From assembly GCA_030427785.1 (NCBI GenBank), contig JAUICR010000001.1, forward strand, positions 1 to 48,987: 48,987 nt of DNA, written 5' to 3'. Positions 38,986 to 48,987 of this stretch are shown one piece after another. How positions within the stretch are numbered: position 1 is the stretch's first letter; each line of letters begins with the position of its first letter. The notes beneath the pieces are model-generated. The model was not told where the DNA came from and ran no database searches. It saw only the letters and a list, made by a program, of their open reading frames with translations. The translations under genes were made by a program, and so were the position numbers. The DNA is from Bacteroidia bacterium. GTDB lineage: Bacteria > Bacteroidota > Bacteroidia > Flavobacteriales > Schleiferiaceae.

Positions 38986-39435
38986 ATGAGTTTAAATAAT
39001 CTAAAACCGGCAGCGGGATCAGTAAAGTCTAAGAAACGTATCGGCCGTGGTGAAGGTTCGGGACACGGGGGTACCTCTACTCGTGGTCATAAAGGAGCGA
39101 AATCTCGTAGTGGATACAAGTCTAAGATAGGTTTTGAAGGGGGACAAATGCCTCTTCAACGTAGAGTTCCAAAGTTTGGATTTACTAACCCCAATAGAGT
39201 GGAGTATCATGGTGTAAACTTGGATGCTATTCAAAAACTGGTAGATGAGGGTAAAGTAACTGATGTTATTACTCAAGAAATATTGATAAGCAATGGCCTT
39301 GTTGCCAAAAAAGATCTTATCAAGATTTTAGGTAGAGGAGAACTCAAAGCGAAATTAAAAGTGGAAGTTCACGCTTATTCGAAAACAGCCAAAGAAGCTA
39401 TCGAATCAGCAGGTGGTGAAGCTGTAACTCTGTAA
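38986..39435 (+). CDS. rplO: 50S ribosomal protein L15
   Basis: [27 protein letters not shown] at 38986. Confidence 0.99.
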   Translation: MSLNNLKPAAGSVKSKKRIGRGEGSGHGGTSTRGHKGAKSRSGYKSKIGFEGGQMPLQRRVPKFGFTNPNRVEYHGVNLDAIQKLVDEGKVTDVITQEILISNGLVAKKDLIKILGRGELKAKLKVEVHAYSKTAKEAIESAGGEAVTL

Positions 39436-39444
39436 AGGGAAAGC

Positions 39445-40782
39445 ATGAAGCGTTTTATCGAAACATTAAAGAATATTTGGAAAATACAAGAACTCAGAGA
39501 AAAGATTCTTCTTACTCTGGGTCTTTTGTTCATATATCGTTTGGGATCAAACGTAGTGCTTCCAGGTATAGATCCGGAAAGTCTTACTCAGTTGCAAAAC
39601 CAAGCCGATGGCGGTATTATGGGATTGGTTAATGCCTTTACAGGTGGTGCGTTTGCCAACGCTTCCATACTTGCATTAGGTATTATGCCTTATATCTCTG
39701 CATCTATTGTTATCCAGCTTTTGGGTATGGCCTTGCCAAGTGTGCAAAAGATGCAGAAGGAAGGTGAAAGCGGAAGAAGGAAGATTAATCAGATTACACG
39801 TTTCCTTACTATCGCTATTACCGCAGCACAAGCACCAGGATATATTGCTAACCTAATGGGGCAGCAAGTACAGCTTACGATATCACCAAGTATGTTTTGG
39901 ATTACGTCTATCATAGTGCTTACAGCAGGTACTGTATTTGCAATGTGGCTGGGCGAAAGAATTACGGATAAAGGAATTGGTAACGGTATTTCATTACTTA
40001 TTATGGTTGGTATCATTGCGAGCTTACCACAGTCTTTCCTTCAGGAGTTTGCCTCTAAAATGGATTTAAATGGAGGGCTGGTATTATTTATTGTTGAGAT
40101 AGCTATTCTACTTATAGTAATACTACTTTCGGTAGCATTGGTGCAGGCGGTGCGCAAAGTACCCGTGCAGTATGCCAAGCGTACAACCGGAGGACGCACA
40201 TTTGCAGGGAGCTCTGCTCGTCAGTACATCCCACTTAAGGTGAATGCTGCAGGTGTAATGCCTATCATTTTTGCTCAGGCTATTATGTTTATTCCGGTAA
40301 CTATATTAAGTTATGCAGGATTGCAAAGTAGCAGTATGAATGTGGTAGTATCCATGTTTAGCGATATTCAAGGATTTTGGTACAACTTTGTATTTGCTGT
40401 ATTGATTATCCTATTTACATATTTCTACACAGCTATTCAGGTTAATACAAATCAAATGGCTGAAGACTTGAAACGAAATGGTGGTTTTATTCCAGGTATT
40501 AAGCCAGGAAAATCTACTGCTGAATTTTTAGATACAGTATTATCAAGAATCACCCTTCCAGGGTCTATCTTCCTAGCCTTGCTAGCTATTTTGCCAGCAT
40601 TTGCTATGATAGCGGGAGTAAATACACAGTTTTCATATTTTTATGGAGGTACTAGTTTACTTATTATGGTAGGAGTGGTATTAGATACTTTACAACAAAT
40701 AGAAAGTTATTTATTGAATCGTCACTACGATGGACTTATGAAGTCTGGAAAACTGAAAGGACGAGCAGTAAGTGCATTTTAA
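39445..40782 (+). CDS. secY: Preprotein translocase subunit SecY
   Basis: LGIMPYISASI, WLGERIT-x-KGIGNG, AGVMPIIFA, GGTSLLI. Confidence 0.99.
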   Translation: MKRFIETLKNIWKIQELREKILLTLGLLFIYRLGSNVVLPGIDPESLTQLQNQADGGIMGLVNAFTGGAFANASILALGIMPYISASIVIQLLGMALPSVQKMQKEGESGRRKINQITRFLTIAITAAQAPGYIANLMGQQVQLTISPSMFWITSIIVLTAGTVFAMWLGERITDKGIGNGISLLIMVGIIASLPQSFLQEFASKMDLNGGLVLFIVEIAILLIVILLSVALVQAVRKVPVQYAKRTTGGRTFAGSSARQYIPLKVNAAGVMPIIFAQAIMFIPVTILSYAGLQSSSMNVVVSMFSDIQGFWYNFVFAVLIILFTYFYTAIQVNTNQMAEDLKRNGGFIPGIKPGKSTAEFLDTVLSRITLPGSIFLALLAILPAFAMIAGVNTQFSYFYGGTSLLIMVGVVLDTLQQIESYLLNRHYDGLMKSGKLKGRAVSAF

Positions 40783-40805
40783 ATAAAGAAGGCGAATAAA
40801 GGAAT

Positions 40806-41021
40806 ATGGCTAAGCAAGCTGCAATAGAACAAGACGGATCTATCATCGAAGCATTAAGTAATGCAATGTTTCGAGTGGAGTTAGAAAACGGACACGTAGT
40901 TACCGCTCACATTTCTGGAAAGATGCGAATGAATTATATCAAGCTTCTACCAGGTGATAAGGTAAAATTGGAGATGTCGCCATATGATTTATCTAAAGCA
41001 AGAATAACGTACAGATACTAA
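40806..41021 (+). CDS. infA: Translation initiation factor IF-1
   Basis: [20 protein letters not shown]. Confidence 0.99.
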   Translation: MAKQAAIEQDGSIIEALSNAMFRVELENGHVVTAHISGKMRMNYIKLLPGDKVKLEMSPYDLSKARITYRY

Positions 41022-41026
41022 TAGTA

Positions 41027-41143
41027 ATGAAGGTAAGAGCATCATTAAAAAAGAGAAGCGTGGATTGTAAAATCGTACGCAGAAAAGGAGTCCTTTTTGT
41101 GATAAACAAGAAGAACCCTAAGTTTAAACAAAGACAAGGATAA
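41027..41143 (+). CDS. rpmJ: 50S ribosomal protein L36 (38 aa; below the ORF-track cutoff)
   Basis: Manual translation [38 protein letters not shown], located between infA and rpsM. Confidence 0.97.
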   Translation: MKVRASLKKRSVDCKIVRRKGVLFVINKKNPKFKQRQG

Positions 41144-41161
41144 TACTTTAACGGATCACTT

Positions 41162-41539
41162 ATGGCAAGGATTGCTGGTATTGATTTACCAAAAAATAAA
41201 AGAGGCGTAATTGGCCTAACATACATCTTCGGAATCGGTTTAAGCCGAGCTCAAAAGATATTAGATCAGGCTAATGTAAGCTATGATATTAAAGTTGAGG
41301 ATTGGGATGATGATCAACTTACCGCTATTAGAACTGTAATAGGCGATGAATTTAAAGTAGAAGGAGAACTTCGCTCTGAAATTCAGCTTAACATTAAGAG
41401 ATTAATGGATATTGGATGTTACCGTGGTGTACGTCACCGTAATGGACTTCCGCTGAGAGGACAAAGAACAAAGAATAACTCTCGTACCAGAAAAGGAAAA
41501 CGTAAAACTGTGGCCAACAAGAAAAAAGCTACTAAATAA
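41162..41539 (+). CDS. rpsM: 30S ribosomal protein S13
   Basis: [20 protein letters not shown]. Confidence 0.99.
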   Translation: MARIAGIDLPKNKRGVIGLTYIFGIGLSRAQKILDQANVSYDIKVEDWDDDQLTAIRTVIGDEFKVEGELRSEIQLNIKRLMDIGCYRGVRHRNGLPLRGQRTKNNSRTRKGKRKTVANKKKATK

Positions 41540-41550
41540 TTAGTTGATCA

Positions 41551-41946
41551 ATGGCAAAGAAATCTACAGGTAAAGTTACCAAGAAGAGAAAAGTTATTGT
41601 GGAAGCGGTGGGCGAAGCTCATATCAATGCCACATTTAACAACATTATTATCTCTCTTACTAATACTAAGGGACAAGTAATCAGTTGGTCATCTGCTGGA
41701 AAGATGGGATTTAGAGGTTCTAAAAAGAATACTCCTTACGCTGCTCAAATGGCTGCAGAAGATTGCACCAAAGTAGCAATGGATCTTGGCCTTAAGAAGG
41801 TGAAGGTATTTGTAAAAGGACCAGGAAACGGAAGAGAATCTGCAATTCGTACCATACACAATAACGGTGTAGAGGTATCTGAAATAGTAGATATTACGCC
41901 AATGCCGCACAACGGTTGTCGTCCTCCGAAAAGAAGAAGAGTTTAA
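41551..41946 (+). CDS. rpsK: 30S ribosomal protein S11
   Basis: [24 protein letters not shown]. Confidence 0.99.
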   Translation: MAKKSTGKVTKKRKVIVEAVGEAHINATFNNIIISLTNTKGQVISWSSAGKMGFRGSKKNTPYAAQMAAEDCTKVAMDLGLKKVKVFVKGPGNGRESAIRTIHNNGVEVSEIVDITPMPHNGCRPPKRRRV

Positions 41947-41969
41947 GAAATTAATTAGATAGCGAAGAA

Positions 41970-42575
41970 ATGGCAAGATATACAGGCCCTAAGACGAAAA
42001 TCGCGAGAAAATTTGGAGACCCAATTTTCGGCCCAGACCGTTCTTTTGAAAAGAAAAATTATCCTCCCGGACAACACGGTAACAACCGCAGAAGAGGGAA
42101 GAAATCAGAATATGCAATTCAGCTAGCTGAAAAGCAAAAAGCAAAATACACCTACGGTATTTTGGAGCGTCAGTTTGCCAATATGTTTGACAAAGCGCAG
42201 CGTTCTAAAGGTATTACCGGTGAAGTATTGTTGCAGCTATGTGAAGCAAGATTAGATAACGTGGTATTCCGTTTGGGTATTGCTCCTAGCCGTAGTGCTG
42301 GTCGTCAGTTTGTTTCTCACCGTCATATTACAGTAAATGGTGATGTTGTAAATATCCCATCTTATCATGTAAAGCCAGGAGATATCATTGCTGTTCGTGA
42401 AAAGTCAAAATCAATGGCCGCTATTAATGAGGCTTTGAATACTCGTAAAGATCAATACGAATGGTTGGAGTGGAACGATTCTACAAAAGCCGGAACATTT
42501 TTGAGTGCACCACAAAGAGGTATGATTCCTGAGACTATCAAGGAACAACTTATTGTGGAACTATACTCTAAATAA
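41970..42575 (+). CDS. rpsD: 30S ribosomal protein S4
   Basis: [30 protein letters not shown]. Confidence 0.99.
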   Translation: MARYTGPKTKIARKFGDPIFGPDRSFEKKNYPPGQHGNNRRRGKKSEYAIQLAEKQKAKYTYGILERQFANMFDKAQRSKGITGEVLLQLCEARLDNVVFRLGIAPSRSAGRQFVSHRHITVNGDVVNIPSYHVKPGDIIAVREKSKSMAAINEALNTRKDQYEWLEWNDSTKAGTFLSAPQRGMIPETIKEQLIVELYSK

Positions 42576-42604
42576 TTATAATATAAACTTCTATATAATT
42601 TGCT

Positions 42605-43597
42605 ATGGCAATATTAAACTTCCAAAAGCCTGATCAGGTAATCATGAATCATGCTTCTGAAACTGAAGGTCAGTTCGAGTTTAGACCTTTGGAGCCAGGA
42701 TATGGACTGACTGTTGGTAATGCCCTGAGAAGAGTATTGTTATCATCTCTTGAAGGTTTTGCTTTTACTTCTGTAAAAATAGAAGGTGTAGAGCATGAGT
42801 TTTCTACCATAAAAGGTGTGGTAGAAGATGTAACTGAAATCGTTTTGAATCTGAAGCAAGTTCGCTTTAAGAGACAAATTGAAGACCTTGAAGAGGAAAG
42901 AATCAACATGAGTATTTCTGGTCAGGATAAATTAACTGCTGGTGATATTGGAAAGTTTGTTTCTGCATTCCAAGTTTTGAACCCTGATTTAGTGATTTGC
43001 AACATGGATCCATCTGTTAAGTTGGAAATGGAGCTTAACATTGAGAAAGGTCGTGGATATGTGCCTGCAGAGGAAAACAAGAAATCAAATGCTTCAATCG
43101 GTACTATCTTTATCGATTCTATTTACACTCCAATAAAGAATGTAAAATATAGTATTGAGAACTATCGTGTAGAGCAAAAGACAGATTTTGAAAAGTTAAT
43201 TTTTGAAATCACTACTGACGGAAGCATTCACCCAAAGAAAGCTTTGACTGAAGCAGCAAAAATTTTGATTCACCACTTTATGTTGGTGAGTGACGAAAAG
43301 ATTGCTTTAGAAGATAGCAAGTCTACCGAAACTGATAACTATGATGAAGAAATCCTTCACATGCGTCAGTTGCTTAAAACCAAGCTTGTAGACATGGATC
43401 TTTCAGTAAGAGCACTAAATTGCTTGAAAGCAGCAGAAGTAGAAACATTAGGCGATTTGGTAACCTTTACCAAAAACGATCTTATGAAATTCAGAAACTT
43501 CGGTAAGAAGTCATTAACTGAACTTGATGAGTTGGTTGAAAATAAAGGCCTCCACTTCGGGATGGATATCGCAAAGTATAAATTGGATAAGGAATAA
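42605..43597 (+). CDS. rpoA: DNA-directed RNA polymerase subunit alpha
   Basis: PLEPGYG-x-TVGNALRR, [20 protein letters not shown]. Confidence 0.99.
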   Translation: MAILNFQKPDQVIMNHASETEGQFEFRPLEPGYGLTVGNALRRVLLSSLEGFAFTSVKIEGVEHEFSTIKGVVEDVTEIVLNLKQVRFKRQIEDLEEERINMSISGQDKLTAGDIGKFVSAFQVLNPDLVICNMDPSVKLEMELNIEKGRGYVPAEENKKSNASIGTIFIDSIYTPIKNVKYSIENYRVEQKTDFEKLIFEITTDGSIHPKKALTEAAKILIHHFMLVSDEKIALEDSKSTETDNYDEEILHMRQLLKTKLVDMDLSVRALNCLKAAEVETLGDLVTFTKNDLMKFRNFGKKSLTELDELVENKGLHFGMDIAKYKLDKE

Positions 43598-43603
43598 GAG
43601 ACG

Positions 43604-44152
43604 ATGAGACACGGAAAGAAATTTAACCATCTTGGACGTACGGCTTCTCACCGCAAGGCAATGTTGGCCAATATGGCCGGATCGCTAATCGAGCATAAGC
43701 GTATAAATACTACAGTAGCCAAAGCAAAGGCTTTGAAACTATATGTAGAACCATTAATCACTAAATCTAAGAACGACAGTACGCACAGCCGTAGAGTAGT
43801 TTTTAGTTACCTAAAAAATAAGCACGTAGTAAGTGAATTATTTAGAGAGGTAGCCGCAAAAGTGGGCGACAGACCAGGAGGATACACTCGTATCATCAAA
43901 ACGGGAAACCGATTGGGTGATAATGCAGAAATGTGCATGATTGAGTTAGTAGACTTTAATGAGTTGTACACAAGCGGAAAAGAAAAAGCTAAAGCTAAAA
44001 AGAGCCGTAGAGGTGGTGGCAAGAAAGCTGCTGATACTGCTGCTGCGCCAAAAGCTGAGGCAAAATCTGAAGCTATTGCAGAGGAGGCCCCAAAAGCCGA
44101 AGCTGCAAAGGATGAGGCTGCTACAGATAACAAAGAAGACAAGAAAGATTGA
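43604..44152 (+). CDS. rplQ: 50S ribosomal protein L17 with Ala/Lys/Glu-rich C-terminal extension
   Basis: [27 protein letters not shown], then a low-complexity tail. Confidence 0.99.
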   Translation: MRHGKKFNHLGRTASHRKAMLANMAGSLIEHKRINTTVAKAKALKLYVEPLITKSKNDSTHSRRVVFSYLKNKHVVSELFREVAAKVGDRPGGYTRIIKTGNRLGDNAEMCMIELVDFNELYTSGKEKAKAKKSRRGGGKKAADTAAAPKAEAKSEAIAEEAPKAEAAKDEAATDNKEDKKD

Positions 44153-44180
44153 TAGTTGAAAATTATCTTTATTGATATTG

Positions 44181-44219
44181 AAAAAGGGTAAGGATATTTA
44201 GTTCTTATCCTTTTTTTTT
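44181..44219 (+). terminator. Intrinsic terminator after rplQ
   Basis: AAAAAGGGTAAGGA...TTCTTATCCTTTTT stem (with G-U pairs) followed by T9. Confidence 0.75.
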
Positions 44220-44254
44220 GCACTAAATTATTTCGACACGCTGATTTAAATAAA

Positions 44255-46659
<2,405 letters not shown>

Positions 46660-46669
46660 TCATTGCGAA

Positions 46670-47989
46670 ATGAAAGAAACCATGGAAAGACTTAAAGACC
46701 GTTTTAGAACCAAAATAGATCCCGCCAGAAAAGAGGTAAAAGATTTTATTGCCGCACACGGTGATGAAGTAATAGGAGAGATTAAAGTAAGCCAACTGTA
46801 CGGAGGGATGAGAGGTATGCAGGCTTTGATAACAGAAACTTCTAAGCTTGATAATAATGAAGGTATTCGGTTTCGTGGTTACAGCATTCCTGAGCTACAG
46901 GAGAAGCTACCGAAGTATCCTGGTGGAGAGCAGCCGCTACCCGAGGGAATATTTTACCTGATGCTCTTTAATGAGATGCCGGATGACGATACAGTGAGAA
47001 GAGTGAGTAATAATTGGGCTCGTAGAGCACAGATTCCTCCGCATGTATTTAATGTGATTGATGCATTGCCTATGCATACACATCCTATGACTCAGTTTGT
47101 AACTGGTATTATGGCCTTGCGCACTGAGAGTGAGTTTAAGAAGGCCTACCGCAATGGAATAAATAAATCAGATTATTGGGAGCCAACGTATGATGATGCA
47201 ATGAACCTGATTGCACGCCTACCACGTTTGGCAGCCTACATTTATCGCAGATTATATCACAATGGAGAGCACATTGAGCCAGATCCATCTTTAGATTGGT
47301 CAGGAAACTTTGCACATATGCTCGGGTTTGATAATGAAGAGTTCAGAGAACTACTTCGCCTGTACATGACCATCCATGTAGATCATGAAGGTGGTAACGT
47401 TTCGGCTCATACCATCCACTTAGTAGGTTCGGCCTTGAGCGATTGTTACCAGTCTTTTGCCGCAGGAATGAATGGATTGGCGGGACCGCTACATGGTTTG
47501 GCAAATCAAGAAGTTATTCGTTGGATTTTTGCCATGCGCGATGAACTTGGTGGAGGCTTGCCTTCAAAAGAACAAATTGCCAATTATTGTAAAAAGACCT
47601 TAAACGAAGGGAAGGTGATTCCAGGTTTTGGACATGCCGTATTGCGCAAAACAGACCCTCGTTATACAGCCCAAAGAGAGTTTGCTCAAAAGCATATGCC
47701 GCATGACGAATTGTTCCAAATAGTGAGCAGAGTGTACGAGGTGGTTCCTGAAATTTTGCAGGAAACTGGAAAAGTAAAAAACCCTTGGCCAAACGTAGAT
47801 GCTCATTCAGGTCAACTTTTGATGCATTACGGCCTTACTCAGTATGATTTTTATACAGTATTATTTGGTGTAAGTCGTGCCTTAGGTACTCTTGCTAGTT
47901 TAATTTGGGATAGAGCATTAGGCTTCCCAATAGAGCGCCCAGGTAGCACAACTACCGAATTGCTTAAGAAGCAGTTTGAAGGGAAATAG
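46670..47989 (+). CDS. gltA: Citrate synthase, eukaryotic/mitochondrial-like type
   Basis: GGMRG, EGIRFRG, DHEGGNVSAH, GLAGPLHGLANQE, PGFGHAVLRKTDPR, NPWPNVDAHSG. Confidence 0.93.
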   Translation: MKETMERLKDRFRTKIDPARKEVKDFIAAHGDEVIGEIKVSQLYGGMRGMQALITETSKLDNNEGIRFRGYSIPELQEKLPKYPGGEQPLPEGIFYLMLFNEMPDDDTVRRVSNNWARRAQIPPHVFNVIDALPMHTHPMTQFVTGIMALRTESEFKKAYRNGINKSDYWEPTYDDAMNLIARLPRLAAYIYRRLYHNGEHIEPDPSLDWSGNFAHMLGFDNEEFRELLRLYMTIHVDHEGGNVSAHTIHLVGSALSDCYQSFAAGMNGLAGPLHGLANQEVIRWIFAMRDELGGGLPSKEQIANYCKKTLNEGKVIPGFGHAVLRKTDPRYTAQREFAQKHMPHDELFQIVSRVYEVVPEILQETGKVKNPWPNVDAHSGQLLMHYGLTQYDFYTVLFGVSRALGTLASLIWDRALGFPIERPGSTTTELLKKQFEGK

Positions 47990-48012
47990 ATTAGATTTCT
48001 CAAAATAAATAT

Positions 48013-48053
48013 AAGAGCCAATCGAAAAAGTTTTTGATTGGCTCTTTTCTTTT
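48013..48053 (+). terminator. Intrinsic terminator after citrate synthase
   Basis: AAGAGCCAATCGAAAA / TTTTTGATTGGCTCTT stem followed by a T-rich tail. Confidence 0.8.
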
Positions 48054-48108
48054 GATACTTAACACAATAAAAGAAGGTTTTGATATTATTTTGTATTTGT
48101 AAAATTTT

Positions 48109-48116
48109 TATATTTG
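48109..48116 (+). promoter_or_regulatory. Bacteroidota -7 element (TATATTTG) for rpsA
   Basis: Exact TAnnTTTG match ~120 nt upstream of the rpsA ATG, downstream of the terminator. Confidence 0.65.
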
Positions 48117-48239
48117 CAGCCCTTTTTTGAGAGTAGTAAGACGCAATAAAGGTTTTGTAAATCAAAGAATTAAAACAGCTTTCAAGTTTCGATTTCTTAA
48201 TGTTCTTACCGATAACTTGAAATACAAATCATTCTCTGC

Positions 48240-48987
48240 ATGTCAGAAGAAAACAAAAAAGTAGCTGAGGAAAAAGTGGAAACCACTGCAGCTGCTAAAG
48301 AAACCGCTTCAACCGAAGCAAAAGAAGAAACTCCAAAAGTAGCCGAAACCCCCGAAACCACTGAGGCTGTAGCTGAAGAAAAGGTAGAGGAAGTGGCTGC
48401 TGAAGCAAAAGAAGAAACTGCTCCTGTAGCCGAAGAGGTGGCCGAGGCAGACGAACCTTTTGATTGGGAAGAATTTGAGTATGGACTCAAATCAAAGTCT
48501 AGAAAAGAAAGAGAAGAGCTTACCAAGCTTTATGAAGACACTCTTACTACTATTGATGTACACACTGTAACTGAAGGTGATGTAATAAACATGACTGACC
48601 GTGAGGCTATCGTGGATATAGGTTACAAATCAGAAGGTGTGATTTCGTTAAACGAATTTCGCTACAATCCTGACTTAAAAGTTGGAGACAAAGTAGAGGT
48701 ATTGGTAGACAAGCAAGAAGATAAGGACGGACAGTTGGTATTATCGCACCGTAAGGCCCGTGCTATTAAAGCTTGGGATCGTGTAAATGCTGCTCATGAT
48801 ACTGAGGAAGTAGTAAACGGTTACGTAAAATGTCGTACCAAAGGCGGTATGATTGTAGACGTATTCGGTATCGAAGCATTCTTACCAGGTTCACAAATTG
48901 ATGTGAAGCCAATCCGCGATTACGATGCATACGTAGATAAAACTATGGAATTCAAGGTTGTGAAAATTAATCACGAATTTAAAAACG
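48240..48987 (+). CDS. rpsA: 30S ribosomal protein S1, 5' part (runs off the window edge)
   Basis: Manual translation from ATG 48240: acidic extension, then FDW, VDIGYKSEGVI, LSHRKAR, KGGMIVDV and AFLPGSQIDVKP (S1 domains). No stop before the edge. Not in the ORF track. Confidence 0.97.
   Translation, partial: MSEENKKVAEEKVETTAAAKETASTEAKEETPKVAETPETTEAVAEEKVEEVAAEAKEETAPVAEEVAEADEPFDWEEFEYGLKSKSRKEREELTKLYEDTLTTIDVHTVTEGDVINMTDREAIVDIGYKSEGVISLNEFRYNPDLKVGDKVEVLVDKQEDKDGQLVLSHRKARAIKAWDRVNAAHDTEEVVNGYVKCRTKGGMIVDVFGIEAFLPGSQIDVKPIRDYDAYVDKTMEFKVVKINHEFKN

Overview
A gene-dense core chromosomal window from a Bacteroidota bacterium, most likely Flavobacteriales. This is inferred from TAnnTTTG -7 promoters, A-rich translation starts mostly lacking Shine-Dalgarno sequences, fusA joined directly to rpsJ without tuf, secY-infA without adk/map, and rplQ-carA-eno-citrate synthase order. 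1-12 kb: surface-polysaccharide genes (two GT2, a sulfotransferase, Wzm/Wzt, a priming phosphotransferase, two GT4) interleaved with recG and an M1 aminopeptidase. 12-25 kb: housekeeping genes (lipid-anchored blue-copper protein, bioY, MATE, an HTH-less sigma54 activator, ABC-2 exporter, grpE-dnaJ, TlpA, murA, DUF4290, uvrD/pcrA). 27.2-44.2 kb: the str-S10-spc-alpha ribosomal superoperon, including rpmJ, which the ORF track missed. This is followed by carA, eno, a eukaryote-type citrate synthase and the 5' part of rpsA. No rRNA, tRNA, CRISPR array or transposase was seen. The best candidate for an undescribed system is a two-gene unit between uvrD and rpsL (25.2-27.05 kb). It encodes a lipoprotein ending in a 50-aa hydrophobic glycine-zipper peptide after a basic KTAK site, plus an outer-membrane beta-barrel protein, with a T12 tract in the putative promoter and its own terminator. 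All functional interpretations of that locus are inference.
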